This document shows positions 19,537-28,460 of a stretch of DNA of 64,000 nucleotides, in pieces. The stretch comes from a virus: IMG/VR virus record IMGVR_UViG_3300037130_000236; one strand, 5' to 3'. Under the pieces are notes generated by a model, which ran no database searches, was not told the DNA's origin, and saw only the letters and a list, made by a program, of their open reading frames with translations. Both the position numbers and the translations under genes were made by a program. Position 1 is the first letter of the stretch. The number at the start of each line of letters is the position of its first letter.

Positions 19537-20278
19537 GTTTCCTCTTGCGTTCGCACTGGGTCACCGGTATAGGCGCCATCTGGCCGGTGGCGAGGTTGAC
19601 GAAGCCTCCTTGATAGGAAACCTCGCGGTGCCTGAACAGCCGCGCCAGCAAAGCGAGCGCGTGATTGGCCAGCACCTGGTTCACAAAGGGCTCCTGTCGT
19701 TTCAGCGCCTCGACGGAGCTGCAGGAGGGCAGAGTGTCCGAACCGTCCAGTCTGGGATCGAGGATCTCCGGGTAGAGTTCCGCGACCGTGAGCAGACGGT
19801 ACTTGGCATGCTGATTGCGCCGGTTCCGGGGCTGGCCCAGAACGAACTGACCGTTGTCGGCATTGTTCCCGATGTCCAGCCAGTAGAGCGTCTTCTTGAA
19901 GGCTGGAGACCGGCTGATGGCCAGCCTGGCCGCCCGCGTATCCACACAGGTGATCAGGATGTCTACAACCCCATCCGTCTTCTCTGTGAAGTGCCCGGTG
20001 GAGGCGTTCCATTTCAGTCCCCAGAAGAGGTTCAGCCTGTTGGCAATTACCAGTGACTTGTACAGGCCGATCTCCGACTGGGAGAAGGGCTGCCTTACAC
20101 AATTGGTGGAGGAGATGCGATCGCCATCAACGAAGATGACATTGAGACCAGGCTGTCCCTCGGCAAGGAGGGACTGGTTGATGTACGGCAAGCCGCCGGC
20201 CAGCGCACTGCCCGTCCCTCCACATCCCACCACTGCGACGCGAGTTCGAGAACACCTGTGATCCAGCTTGTGGTTCAA
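19451..20278 (-). CDS. PRTRC system ThiF (E1-like) protein
   Basis: VAVVGCGGTGS, DGDRISSTNCVRQPF, WLDIGN, PSCS...AL.RQ..FVN; probable TTG start overlapping the upstream TGA. Confidence 0.9.
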   Translation of the reverse strand: MNHKLDHRCSRTRVAVVGCGGTGSALAGGLPYINQSLLAEGQPGLNVIFVDGDRISSTNCVRQPFSQSEIGLYKSLVIANRLNLFWGLKWNASTGHFTEKTDGVVDILITCVDTRAARLAISRSPAFKKTLYWLDIGNNADNGQFVLGQPRNRRNQHAKYRLLTVAELYPEILDPRLDGSDTLPSCSSVEALKRQEPFVNQVLANHALALLARLFRHREVSYQGGFVNLATGQMAPIPVTQCERKRKHAARDSVSPARPGGRGRFPQVRSGERSA

Positions 20279-20565
20279 GGGATTGCCACCGATCTCTTGA
20301 CTCGCTTGTACTTGTTGCGAAGACGCAGCCTCTGCTTGTTGAAGATTGTGATCGTTAACCGCGAGCCCATGTTCAGAAGAGAGAATTCCATCTTCTCGAC
20401 CAGGGCGTAGTGAAGGCTCACCCCAGTCGTTAGATCGACCAGCGGATACTTGCCCGTGGTCTTGATGTAGAAGCTGCCTTTGCACTCCAGGATGGTTCCG
20501 ATTTCAAAGTCCTGAAAGCGATAACGCAACCCAACGGTAACAGCGATTGTGTTCTTCATTGGCAT
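20275..20565 (-). CDS. Hypothetical protein in the slot between PRTRC B and ThiF
   Basis: Coupled at both ends; no JAB (ExnHxH...D) motif. Confidence 0.55.
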   Translation of the reverse strand: MPMKNTIAVTVGLRYRFQDFEIGTILECKGSFYIKTTGKYPLVDLTTGVSLHYALVEKMEFSLLNMGSRLTITIFNKQRLRLRNKYKRVKRSVAIP

Positions 20566-21278
20566 CCTTCAGTCAGCAAGTCACGAACTGTCTGTTTGGA
20601 GGGGTGCAGATACTCGAGGCCGAATGCTTCAGCGCCGGCCAGCTCCGTCCACAGCCCAAGGAAACCTCCGGAGTGCTTGGTAAGCACACCAGCACCGCTG
20701 GGATGAGTGAACTCGCTATCGAAGAAACCTTCTTCCCAGACTTCCAACGTGGACACGTCGGTGACCCTCGGCCGCTTCATGCTGCCTGAGCAGACACTTC
20801 CTCGACCTGGCTCGGTGTTCCAGTAGGGAGCCACGAAGAGTGGATCTTCCGGATCAGGACGATGATCCCCAGCCAGGGCGCGCAAGGATAAGCGGCCGCG
20901 GTTGACGATCCAGATCAAAGCCGGGTGAGGAAACACCTGGCCATTCAGAGCTACAGCCTCTTCCTTGTGGAAGAACATGGCCCGCTTTCTTGCTGGCGTC
21001 CACCAGACAATCGCGTTGGAGTTGCAGGCGATGACATTCGGCGGCAGGTAAACCAGACCGGTCTTCTGGCCAAGAGTCTCCAGGAGTTCAGTCAACAACT
21101 CGATCGAGATGAGGCTGCCAGGGCCGACCTGCAACTCCCCGTCCAGGCAAACCGGCGTGTGTTCAGTCAGGAATCCGGACTTGTCCTTCTCGGTTCCGCC
21201 AGCATAGTAGAGCAGCACCTTGTTCAGGGTGTACTCATGGCGCATCCCAATGTTTACTTCGAGGTGCATTTCTCCCAC
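20556..21278 (-). CDS. PRTRC system protein B (prokaryotic E2 family D)
   Basis: IVWWTPARKRAMFF, HPALIW, APYWNT..GSVCSGS, WEEGFFDSEFTHP. Confidence 0.88.
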   Translation of the reverse strand: MGEMHLEVNIGMRHEYTLNKVLLYYAGGTEKDKSGFLTEHTPVCLDGELQVGPGSLISIELLTELLETLGQKTGLVYLPPNVIACNSNAIVWWTPARKRAMFFHKEEAVALNGQVFPHPALIWIVNRGRLSLRALAGDHRPDPEDPLFVAPYWNTEPGRGSVCSGSMKRPRVTDVSTLEVWEEGFFDSEFTHPSGAGVLTKHSGGFLGLWTELAGAEAFGLEYLHPSKQTVRDLLTEGCQ

Positions 21279-22309
21279 TCCTCAACCGTCATCACGCATT
21301 TGTTCAGAAGACCAATCAGCTTGACCATCCGAGGCAGAGCTTCGAACAGCTTCGCGAATGCCCGGTAGTCATCAGGCCGGTAACCCCGGACGATAGTTGG
21401 CGCCGGGTCACAGCCGCTGTTGTACAGATCCTGCTGGTATTCATCGATCCAGGCGGTGATGTTGTCCTTCCTGTCGACACCGAGGGCAAGACCGATCTGC
21501 GAAGCGCCGTCGTAATACCGGGCATTCTCGACGGAGTATTCCAGCTCGGGGATTGTCTTCGGCAACTTGATCGTCTTGGAAAGCTTGTAGGCTTCCAAGC
21601 AGGTCAGGAAGAGTGCCCTGCATTCCTCATCGGGAATGGTGTCGAAGGCTGCTTTGATGCGACGCTCGGCGAACTTTAACCGGCTGGCTTCCTTGAGATA
21701 CACCGGACAGTCATTGGGATCGGCGAGCTCCTCAGCCAGAGGCTCTTCTCCTTGCTCCCTCTCTTCAGCCAGGTAATCCTGACGTATTTCATATTCGGCT
21801 TTGGCTTCATTCAAAGAGAAAGGCATCGTCACGGCACAGGCTGCGCCATAGATCAGCCAGTAGAACGTCGCCATCAGCTTCTCGTACTCAGGAGCTTTGC
21901 CCAGGCGTTGGACCACCGTATCCAGTGCCATGTATTGCATCGACCCATTGGTCCAGGAGAAACACAAGTACAACGGTTCCTTCTTTGCCTTCCGCATCCA
22001 CTCTTCACTGCTCAGCTCGAAGTGAATCTCAAACCCTTCATCGCACCAATAGGAAGCCAGCATGTCTTTCAGCGCCCGGATCAGGACTTCAACAACATCT
22101 TTGGCGCCCTCGGTGTGTTCATTCCTCACGTAGCCCTTGTCCACCAGAACTTCCAGTGGTTTGAGAGCCAGCTCCATATCGCGGCGAACCGTGTACTGGA
22201 ACTGCACCCCGCGCAGACTTGGCAGGCGGAGAAAGTTGGCCGGCGCGATCAGACCAACGGATGGATCAGACTCGCGGCGGGAGTGAGCAGATCTTTGTTT
22301 CGTTGACAT
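21254..22309 (-). CDS. PRTRC system protein F
   Basis: Position between C and B; N-terminal LRLPSL motif. Confidence 0.6.
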   Translation of the reverse strand: MSTKQRSAHSRRESDPSVGLIAPANFLRLPSLRGVQFQYTVRRDMELALKPLEVLVDKGYVRNEHTEGAKDVVEVLIRALKDMLASYWCDEGFEIHFELSSEEWMRKAKKEPLYLCFSWTNGSMQYMALDTVVQRLGKAPEYEKLMATFYWLIYGAACAVTMPFSLNEAKAEYEIRQDYLAEEREQGEEPLAEELADPNDCPVYLKEASRLKFAERRIKAAFDTIPDEECRALFLTCLEAYKLSKTIKLPKTIPELEYSVENARYYDGASQIGLALGVDRKDNITAWIDEYQQDLYNSGCDPAPTIVRGYRPDDYRAFAKLFEALPRMVKLIGLLNKCVMTVEEWEKCTSK

Positions 22310-22465
22310 CTGTCGAACAGCACGTGCAGAGCCTGCCCTATCTTTCGCGCGGATTCGCATTTCACAACCTCGCCAACAATGGCAATCGAAGCGGGATCAC
22401 CCTGATCCGCAAACTCATTGAGCCTGCGGATCAAGGCAACCTTCTTTGATGATCTGGTCAACTGA

Positions 22466-22675
22466 CTACCCCTTGGCGCCCACTGCCCGACCGAAGCGGA
22501 ACCGCAGCTTGCCGTTGCGGGCCTCAGGGCCCACAACTGTTGCCGTGGTGATCTCGGGGTACTGCGGAGCGTACATCGCCCGCACCTGCTCGATGGTGAA
22601 TTCCGGATTGGGGTCCGGCAACACTGCATCATCGAACACGAACTCCCGCGTCATTTTCTCGACTTTGACTGCCAT
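22466..22675 (-). CDS. PRTRC system protein C (ubiquitin-like)
   Basis: REFVF...LPDPNP.FT.EQVR..YA.QYPEI..A...GPE......F.RAVGAKG. Confidence 0.9.
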   Translation of the reverse strand: MAVKVEKMTREFVFDDAVLPDPNPEFTIEQVRAMYAPQYPEITTATVVGPEARNGKLRFRFGRAVGAKG

Positions 22676-23262
22676 TATTCGGCCTCGCCTTCGTCGAATC
22701 CGTCTGGTAGTTCAGCGGGAAGTTCGCCGTCTTCTGCCGGCGGCGCCGCGGCGGGCTCCTCGGCGTGAACGGCGGCAGCGGCATTGGCATCGCCCGCGGC
22801 CTCCCAGAGTGTGAAGGTATCCGGGGCCTGGGCAGTACCAGCCGTTGTCTTGGTTGGATGAACGGCAGGCTTGCCTTCATCCTTCTTGTCGGCCTTCGCC
22901 GGCGTCACCTTGGTCTTGGCCTTCGCCGTTGCTTCCTTGGCTGACTTGGCAACCTCGGCAAGCGTCTCCTGGAGTTCCTTCAGGCTTTCCAGAACGGTTG
23001 TGTGGCCGTCGGAGTAGCTGGCCAGCAATTGAGGCAGCTCAGCGTCGATCTCTTCGGGTGTGCCCACCAGGGATAGAGGTGTGATCAAGGCTGCAACATC
23101 TTCCTTTGTCACGCCTTCCTTCTGGGTCACGTCGCGGGTCAGCTGGCTGTCACTGTCGACCGCCTTGGGAATGACGTTGACCCTGATTTTGGTCTTGTCA
23201 ACCGAAGCGATCGTAATCGTCACGGGCCGACTCTGAAGAATCGGCATCAGTTCTGTGAACAT
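22675..23262 (-). CDS. PRTRC system protein E
   Basis: MFTELMPIL...IRVNVIPK...PLSLVGTPEEIDAEL; low-complexity tail. Confidence 0.88.
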   Translation of the reverse strand: MFTELMPILQSRPVTITIASVDKTKIRVNVIPKAVDSDSQLTRDVTQKEGVTKEDVAALITPLSLVGTPEEIDAELPQLLASYSDGHTTVLESLKELQETLAEVAKSAKEATAKAKTKVTPAKADKKDEGKPAVHPTKTTAGTAQAPDTFTLWEAAGDANAAAAVHAEEPAAAPPAEDGELPAELPDGFDEGEAE

Positions 23263-23295
23263 GGTTGTCCTCGCCCAATGGGCTGTTGATGTTGG

Positions 23296-24483
23296 CTATA
23301 GATCGGTTACACCGGAACGGTGGCCGCCAAGCTCAGTCCTGAATCGGATCTGACCTTTGAATTCCTCCGGCCGGTTCCAATCGAACAGACACGGATCACT
23401 CAGGTTGTAAAAGGGATTGATTTCCAACAGCTTGACACCGTACTGGTTATAGCTGTCAGAAAGACTCCGCCGGCGCTTGATGAACACATCGAAGACTACT
23501 GAATCGAGATGAGAAGCATCTCGCAATTCCTTGTCAAAGAACTGCTCGATCGCCCACTTGATGCCGGCGGCGTCTTCGGTAATCTCCGAGTACACTCCGC
23601 GGTAGTAGTATTGGCTGATCCCGACGAGCTTGCGGTCCTGCATGAAGCAACGGAACTCTGACCACTCGGGCAGGTCCAGACCTTCACGAATCCAAACACT
23701 GGGCGGGTAGTTCATGGCGATCTGCATGTGCAGGTCGTCATAGATGCGCTCGGAACAGCAGGTCAGGAGATCGAAAGCCATCTGGCCTGAGGTGATCTGG
23801 CCATTTGGCAACTGAGCGCCTTCGCCGAGGCTACATCCCCAGTAGAAAGCATCCTTCGGACTGCGCGAGCCAAGGCGGACAAAGATACCCTTTGGAAACT
23901 GCTGAACGGCCTTGTCCAGCCGTGCGATCAGGTGATCCTTTACCGTCTCGTGGTTCTCGGGCACACCCTCGGTAAAGCCTTCGCCCAGCTCGATGATGTA
24001 GCTGCCCATGACGCGCGCTTCTTCCAGGGTCATCTGAACCCTTACTGAGGGAACCGACAAGCTGTGCAAAGCGTTCGGCCAGCTCTCTATGTAGGTCGGC
24101 CATGACACATCCCAGATGGGTCCCTTGGGCTTGTATCTCTCCGACTCGGGCTTCTTCAACCACTCTTCCCCGGCGGCTATACTTGCCTTCATCATGGCAA
24201 GAGAAAACTCATGGCGCTCTGGTGAACCAGGCGCGCCGAACTCTGCGAACCGATCTGTCGAGGGGTCGTAGTCACTCATGTCAGGAATATCTTCCTGATG
24301 TGCAACGGCGCCGCCGGTACGGCCGCACCCTTCGCAAGGATGGCTGGTGTGGGATAAACAGCCGACATGGCTGCATGGTTCACCCGGCTCAAGCGTTATC
24401 GCTGTGGTTAAACCAGCGATCCGCTCCTGCTCCCGCCACCATTCCGGGGGATGAGTGTGTTCGTTCATTGGGGTGTCTGCCAT
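23296..24483 (-). CDS. Cdc123/R2K-like ATP-grasp protein with an N-terminal Cys/His module
   Basis: FVRLGSRSPKDA, EFRCF...LVGISQY, VFDV, LLEINPF, SDPCLFDW; N-terminal PCSHVGCLSHTSHPCEGCGR. Confidence 0.8.
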   Translation of the reverse strand: MADTPMNEHTHPPEWWREQERIAGLTTAITLEPGEPCSHVGCLSHTSHPCEGCGRTGGAVAHQEDIPDMSDYDPSTDRFAEFGAPGSPERHEFSLAMMKASIAAGEEWLKKPESERYKPKGPIWDVSWPTYIESWPNALHSLSVPSVRVQMTLEEARVMGSYIIELGEGFTEGVPENHETVKDHLIARLDKAVQQFPKGIFVRLGSRSPKDAFYWGCSLGEGAQLPNGQITSGQMAFDLLTCCSERIYDDLHMQIAMNYPPSVWIREGLDLPEWSEFRCFMQDRKLVGISQYYYRGVYSEITEDAAGIKWAIEQFFDKELRDASHLDSVVFDVFIKRRRSLSDSYNQYGVKLLEINPFYNLSDPCLFDWNRPEEFKGQIRFRTELGGHRSGVTDL

Positions 24484-24497
24484 GTTTCTCCAAAGTT

Positions 24498-24580
24498 TGA
24501 CGGCGGTTGGATTCGAACCCACGAAGGCTTGAGCCAGCAGTTTTGCAGATTGCCGTGTTTGACCACTTCGCTACCGCACG
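24498..24580 (-). pseudogene. Degenerate tRNA with a Tyr-type body and GCA (Cys) anticodon
   Basis: TAGCGAAGTGGTCAAAC D arm, CTGCAAA loop, long variable arm, GGTTCGAATCC; mismatches in the acceptor, D, anticodon and T stems; no CCA. Confidence 0.65.
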
Positions 24581-24586
24581 TTCTGG

Positions 24587-24766
24587 TTAGGCAACGCGAT
24601 CCTCATTATTCAAGTGATACGTCTGAAACCCTAAAGGACCGAGACCAAGCATATTCGTGGCAAAACCTTCTGCTTCTTCTCTGGATGAAAACCAACGCAG
24701 AACCAAAAGCATTGGCCCCTTCTTCCTACGGTCCAGCAGAATCCAGACATCTTCCAATTCAGCCAT
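24587..24766 (-). CDS. Small hypothetical protein
   Basis: Coupled to the upstream HNH ORF. Confidence 0.45.
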   Translation of the reverse strand: MAELEDVWILLDRRKKGPMLLVLRWFSSREEAEGFATNMLGLGPLGFQTYHLNNEDRVA

Positions 24767-24767
24767 G

Positions 24768-25361
24768 TCATGCAACCCTTTCGTTGTTGATGATGTGGTC
24801 GAACGGATCGAAGTCCGCTTCGGAAACAAAGGGCACATCACTATTTGGTAGGACACTGATCGGTGACATCACAGGAAGTAACCGAACGGTGCCAGCGAGA
24901 GGCCGCTTCATTGTTGCCGGATCGATCCCGAACTGCTTCAGATACGAGATGTCCAGAGTCCATTCGTGCCGGCTGCGTTCCTCAAAGATCTCGAATGCCC
25001 TGGCGATATAGGCCTCAGCAGTCGATTGTTGTGGCCACTGGTTCACCTTCATCAGGTGGGCACGGACTTCTTCGAACTCGCCATTCACGCTGGCTAATCC
25101 GATGTGCTTGACTTTGTGGCACATGGGGCACAGGGCTATCAGCCTCACCAGAGTCTGGGTGTGCGTCTTGTCGTCGTACAGCCAGACCTCATGGCACTCA
25201 ACAGGCCAGCGACGGCCACGGCCGGCGCATATCTCACAGCGGTGTCTGGTCAGCTTCGAGGTTTGCTTCTTCAGAACTTCCCACACGGAAGGAGGAACGC
25301 TGGATCTCACATTCGAAAACCAGCAGGAAGCGGGCACAAGTTCGATCGTCAGTCGTGGCAC
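24768..25361 (-). CDS. HNH-type nuclease
   Basis: CEIC...ECHEVW...LIALCPMCHKVKH. Confidence 0.75.
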   Translation of the reverse strand: MPRLTIELVPASCWFSNVRSSVPPSVWEVLKKQTSKLTRHRCEICAGRGRRWPVECHEVWLYDDKTHTQTLVRLIALCPMCHKVKHIGLASVNGEFEEVRAHLMKVNQWPQQSTAEAYIARAFEIFEERSRHEWTLDISYLKQFGIDPATMKRPLAGTVRLLPVMSPISVLPNSDVPFVSEADFDPFDHIINNERVA

Positions 25362-25386
25362 GGTCAGCTCTCAAACACTTTGTTGG

Positions 25387-25569
25387 TCACAGCGTTGCCG
25401 TGATCGGGGCGTCTTCGATCAAGCCGTCATAGGCCCAGATGTGATCGCCGCCGTTTTCCCGTGCCTGCGTTGCGGCTTCTTCGATGGCGTCGTTCTCGGT
25501 CGGTGCCTCGATCTCCATATTGGTGGTGACCAGGGCTTCCGTTGTTACTTTCACTCGGAACTTGGGCAT
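25387..25569 (-). CDS. Small hypothetical protein
   Basis: MPKFRVKV...IEAPTENDAIEEA, typical small phage ORF. Confidence 0.55.
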   Translation of the reverse strand: MPKFRVKVTTEALVTTNMEIEAPTENDAIEEAATQARENGGDHIWAYDGLIEDAPITATL

Positions 25570-25757
25570 GCTTCCTTCTCGTCTTTCTCAATCGTCGCGG
25601 CCATGGCAAACAACTGACCGCGTTCGCAGGTTGGGTCGTGGTGTTCACACCCCTTGCATTCTGGACAGCAACTGTAGATGCCGAGTCCAAATTCGGCACG
25701 CTTGGCTATAGCCAGAATCCTGGGATAGACCGCAAGCTTTCGCGCGGTGACATCCAT
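25551..25757 (-). CDS. Small Cys-rich hypothetical protein
   Basis: CPECKG...HDPTC. Confidence 0.5.
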   Translation of the reverse strand: MDVTARKLAVYPRILAIAKRAEFGLGIYSCCPECKGCEHHDPTCERGQLFAMAATIEKDEKEACPSSE

Positions 25758-25802
25758 ATCAGTGTTTCCTTTCCTGTTAGCCTGCGGTATCAGGGGAATC
25801 CC

Positions 25803-26183
25803 TTAATACAGAGGTTCTACTCTGACCTTGTCCACCCCACGAGAAACCATTCCGAGGGCGCGCGCCGCTGCGGTAGACAGATCGATCACTCTCGTCTTTA
25901 CAGCGGGGCCTCGATCGGTAATGGTGACGATGACAGACTTCTGGTTTCGCAGCGAGGTGACTTTCACACGCGTGCCCAGCGGCAGCATCCTGCTGGCCGC
26001 TGTCAGCTTGCTCTCGTCGAATCTCTGGCCATTGGCCATGCGCCGGCCCTGGTGGACGTGCCCGTAATAACTGGCGATGCCAACCACGGTCTTCACAGTT
26101 CTTGTGACTGCTCTTGCTGTTGCCGTAACAAACAAGAACAAGCACAGGATCCAAACGCAAACGGAGCGCCTAAACTGGGGCAC
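25803..26183 (-). CDS. rlpA: RlpA-family (DPBB) lytic transglycosylase-like, with signal peptide
   Basis: GIASYYG, MANGQRFD..KLTAAS..LPLGTRVKVT, TITDRGP, IDLSTAAA. Confidence 0.92.
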   Translation of the reverse strand: MPQFRRSVCVWILCLFLFVTATARAVTRTVKTVVGIASYYGHVHQGRRMANGQRFDESKLTAASRMLPLGTRVKVTSLRNQKSVIVTITDRGPAVKTRVIDLSTAAARALGMVSRGVDKVRVEPLY

Positions 26184-26206
26184 GGTGCCTCCTTACAGGA
26201 TTGAAT

Positions 26207-26560
26207 TCATGCAGCTTGAATGCCTAAGCTATCGAGGTACTTACTCACGTCGGGATCACCGTTCACGCGCTTCCGTTCGAGCAGAGGATAGGCTGCCGAG
26301 TTAATCTGAATGAACTCAGCCAGGCGGGCATATAGTGGTGGGTTCTTCTTCAGCAGGGCAAGAATCTTCATGCGTGCCGATGGAAAGTAGCACACCTTGT
26401 CTTGAGCGATGGCCGGGAAGATCACCCAAGCCAGATCGAACCAGGCGTTGGAACCAATCACAACACCTTCACTCATCCTGAAGCTCAGGTACTCTGCGAT
26501 GTCGGCGATCAACTGGCAACGACCTGCGCTATCCAAGGGGATTCGCTTTCGTGATTCCAA
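26207..26560 (-). CDS. Hypothetical protein
   Basis: Tiles. Confidence 0.5.
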   Translation of the reverse strand: MESRKRIPLDSAGRCQLIADIAEYLSFRMSEGVVIGSNAWFDLAWVIFPAIAQDKVCYFPSARMKILALLKKNPPLYARLAEFIQINSAAYPLLERKRVNGDPDVSKYLDSLGIQAA

Positions 26561-26678
26561 GACTGACCGATCCCGGATACATCTGTGATTTCAAGTGCTC
26601 TGGGATCGGATCGTTGACGGTCTTGTACCAGGCGCCGCGGCGGATTGCCGCCCTTGTTCTTGCGTCGAGGAGACCCAT

Positions 26679-26888
26679 TTACTTCCGGTCTCCGAGCTCC
26701 CAGAATCCGATCAGTTCGTCGCCATTCACTTCGTCGATGATCTCGCCTGATGTTGTCGAGATTGCATCGTCTGCGAAGGCATTGGCCTTGATCGGTTCGA
26801 GAGAAGTCTGAATGGCCTGGATAGCGTCACCCAGATTGATGCCGGTTTCCAGAATTCCGATGTCGACTTTGATCACTAACTGTTTCAT
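26679..26888 (-). CDS. Small acidic hypothetical protein
   Basis: MKQLVIKVD...GFWEL. Confidence 0.55.
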   Translation of the reverse strand: MKQLVIKVDIGILETGINLGDAIQAIQTSLEPIKANAFADDAISTTSGEIIDEVNGDELIGFWELGDRK

Positions 26889-26972
26889 GGTTGATCTACC
26901 AATTCGCCCGGGATTTCCCGGTAAGCTATTCCCATTCCCTTCACGGCGCCGCAAGCATTGCAGCGCGCGCGA

Positions 26973-27314
26973 TTACGGGCAGGATTGCGCTTCTTGCACA
27001 TGCCGCATTGCCAGCCCTGTTTCAGCAGTTTTGGCTTCTTCAAATGGCTCTCCTTTACCGAGGGCTATATGGTTCCGTTTGATGAAGTGCTGGCACAGTG
27101 CCCTAAACAGCAGATCCCACACCAGCAGCCGCTTACGCGGAAATTTGGTGATGACGCCATCCCTGTACTGGCGGCCATCCTTACGGAACAGCTTGAAACC
27201 GTAGTTCCCGGTGCTTGCCGTTCCAGTGGCGTCGTTCCAGATGTGAGCGGACCCGAGAGGGTATGCCTTTGCTTCCTCACCTCTGGGCCACATCTCAATC
27301 TTCAAAACGATCAT
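26973..27314 (-). CDS. Hypothetical phage-type protein
   Basis: MIVLKIEMWP.G...LG...I.ND..G....GNY. Confidence 0.6.
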   Translation of the reverse strand: MIVLKIEMWPRGEEAKAYPLGSAHIWNDATGTASTGNYGFKLFRKDGRQYRDGVITKFPRKRLLVWDLLFRALCQHFIKRNHIALGKGEPFEEAKTAETGLAMRHVQEAQSCP

Positions 27315-27568
27315 CGTATCCTCGAATCAAGAACCAGGGCCGGTGTGAACAACAATCCCGCTAGCAAAGCGTTCAACGGTCACTCCGTTTATCCACTTAA
27401 CTCAGCCATCTCTAGGCGACTGCTATCGCCTTACAGATCTGGCGTAGGACTCCCTTCCCACTGGGTCTGCTCCTGCCCTGGCTATTGAAAATGGCCCGTC
27501 ACGATTTGGATTTCAAATCCAAAACCGGGAAAAGTCGCCAAAACCGAATAACAACAAAGAGCGATTTT

Positions 27569-27584
27569 GGCCTCGCGTGAGGCC
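27569..27584. terminator. Short hairpin downstream of tRNA-Leu
   Basis: GGCCTC-GCGT-GAGGCC. Confidence 0.35.
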
Positions 27585-27603
27585 TTCTCCCTATTTCTGA
27601 AGT

Positions 27604-27690
27604 TGGTGCAGATGAAGAGACTCGAACTCATACGCCGTTACGGGCACCAGCACCTCAAGCTGGCGTGTCTGCCAATTCCACCACATCTGC
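27604..27690 (-). tRNA. tRNA-Leu(GAG), CCA encoded
   Basis: GCAGATG/CATCTGC acceptor, CCAGC-TTGAGGT-GCTGG anticodon arm, long variable arm, A73-CCA. Confidence 0.95.
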
Positions 27691-27699
27691 GCTACAAGG

Positions 27700-27773
27700 T
27701 GGCTGGCGGTCAGGGATTCGAACCCCGATAAGCGCCTCCAAAGGGCACTATCCTACCGTTAGATGAACCGCCA
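27700..27773 (-). tRNA. tRNA-Gln(TTG), CCA encoded
   Basis: TGGCGGT/ACCGCCA acceptor, CTTTGGA loop, GGTTCGAATCC, G73-CCA. Confidence 0.95.
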
Positions 27774-27777
27774 GTAG

Positions 27778-28266
27778 TTAAGCTGCTTCCGAGGTTACTG
27801 CGGCCGTTTCATCTTCCAAAGGCTCGGGAATGACCGTCGGCTCATCCCCTTCCTTGTAGTAGATGGAATGAGGTTTGCCATCTTCGACAGGAAGACGATA
27901 ACCGATAAGGTTTGGCATCCCGGCGTAAGGTGGACAAGCCCGAACGGTGCCTTGAACTGCCGTGAGGCGATAGCGAGTACCATCTGATGTCTGAATCAGT
28001 TGGCCCGCTTCATAAGGACTCTCCATTGCGATCGCGTGGTTGCGCTGCTCGATTGCTCTTGCAAGTTCAAACTGTCGTGTTTGCACACGTTTTACCAGCT
28101 CGGCGACTGTGGTCGCCGACATGTTGGCCTTCATTCGAGGATCGTTGTCCGGCCAGCAAATGTCGATGATGGAGTCCAGATGCCTACCCTGATGGGTGTG
28201 GTCTTTGTCGCACCGCGCGACACAACCGTCGTCCAGACGAATCCACTTCGCACAGATGAAACCCAT
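27778..28266 (-). CDS. Hypothetical protein
   Basis: Tiles; N-terminal Cys/His motif. Confidence 0.5.
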   Translation of the reverse strand: MGFICAKWIRLDDGCVARCDKDHTHQGRHLDSIIDICWPDNDPRMKANMSATTVAELVKRVQTRQFELARAIEQRNHAIAMESPYEAGQLIQTSDGTRYRLTAVQGTVRACPPYAGMPNLIGYRLPVEDGKPHSIYYKEGDEPTVIPEPLEDETAAVTSEAA

Positions 28267-28268
28267 GG

Positions 28269-28460
28269 CTATTCCTGCTCCTCATCTTCTGAGCTGTCGT
28301 CTTCCTCTTCGATCTGAGCGGCAACCCATTGCCAATAGCCGCGTCGCGTGTTGTTCTCATTGACCTCTTGTTGCCAGTCAGTGACCGAATGTGTGGGATG
28401 TGAATTCCATTCCCCGTACTTCTCGGCAAGCTCCTCGGCGGACAGTTCTTTGTCAGGCAT
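28269..28460 (-). CDS. Small acidic hypothetical protein
   Basis: WGE-like HP...DWQ.EV....TRRGYWQWV motif typical of small phage ORFs. Confidence 0.65.
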   Translation of the reverse strand: MPDKELSAEELAEKYGEWNSHPTHSVTDWQQEVNENNTRRGYWQWVAAQIEEEDDSSEDEEQE

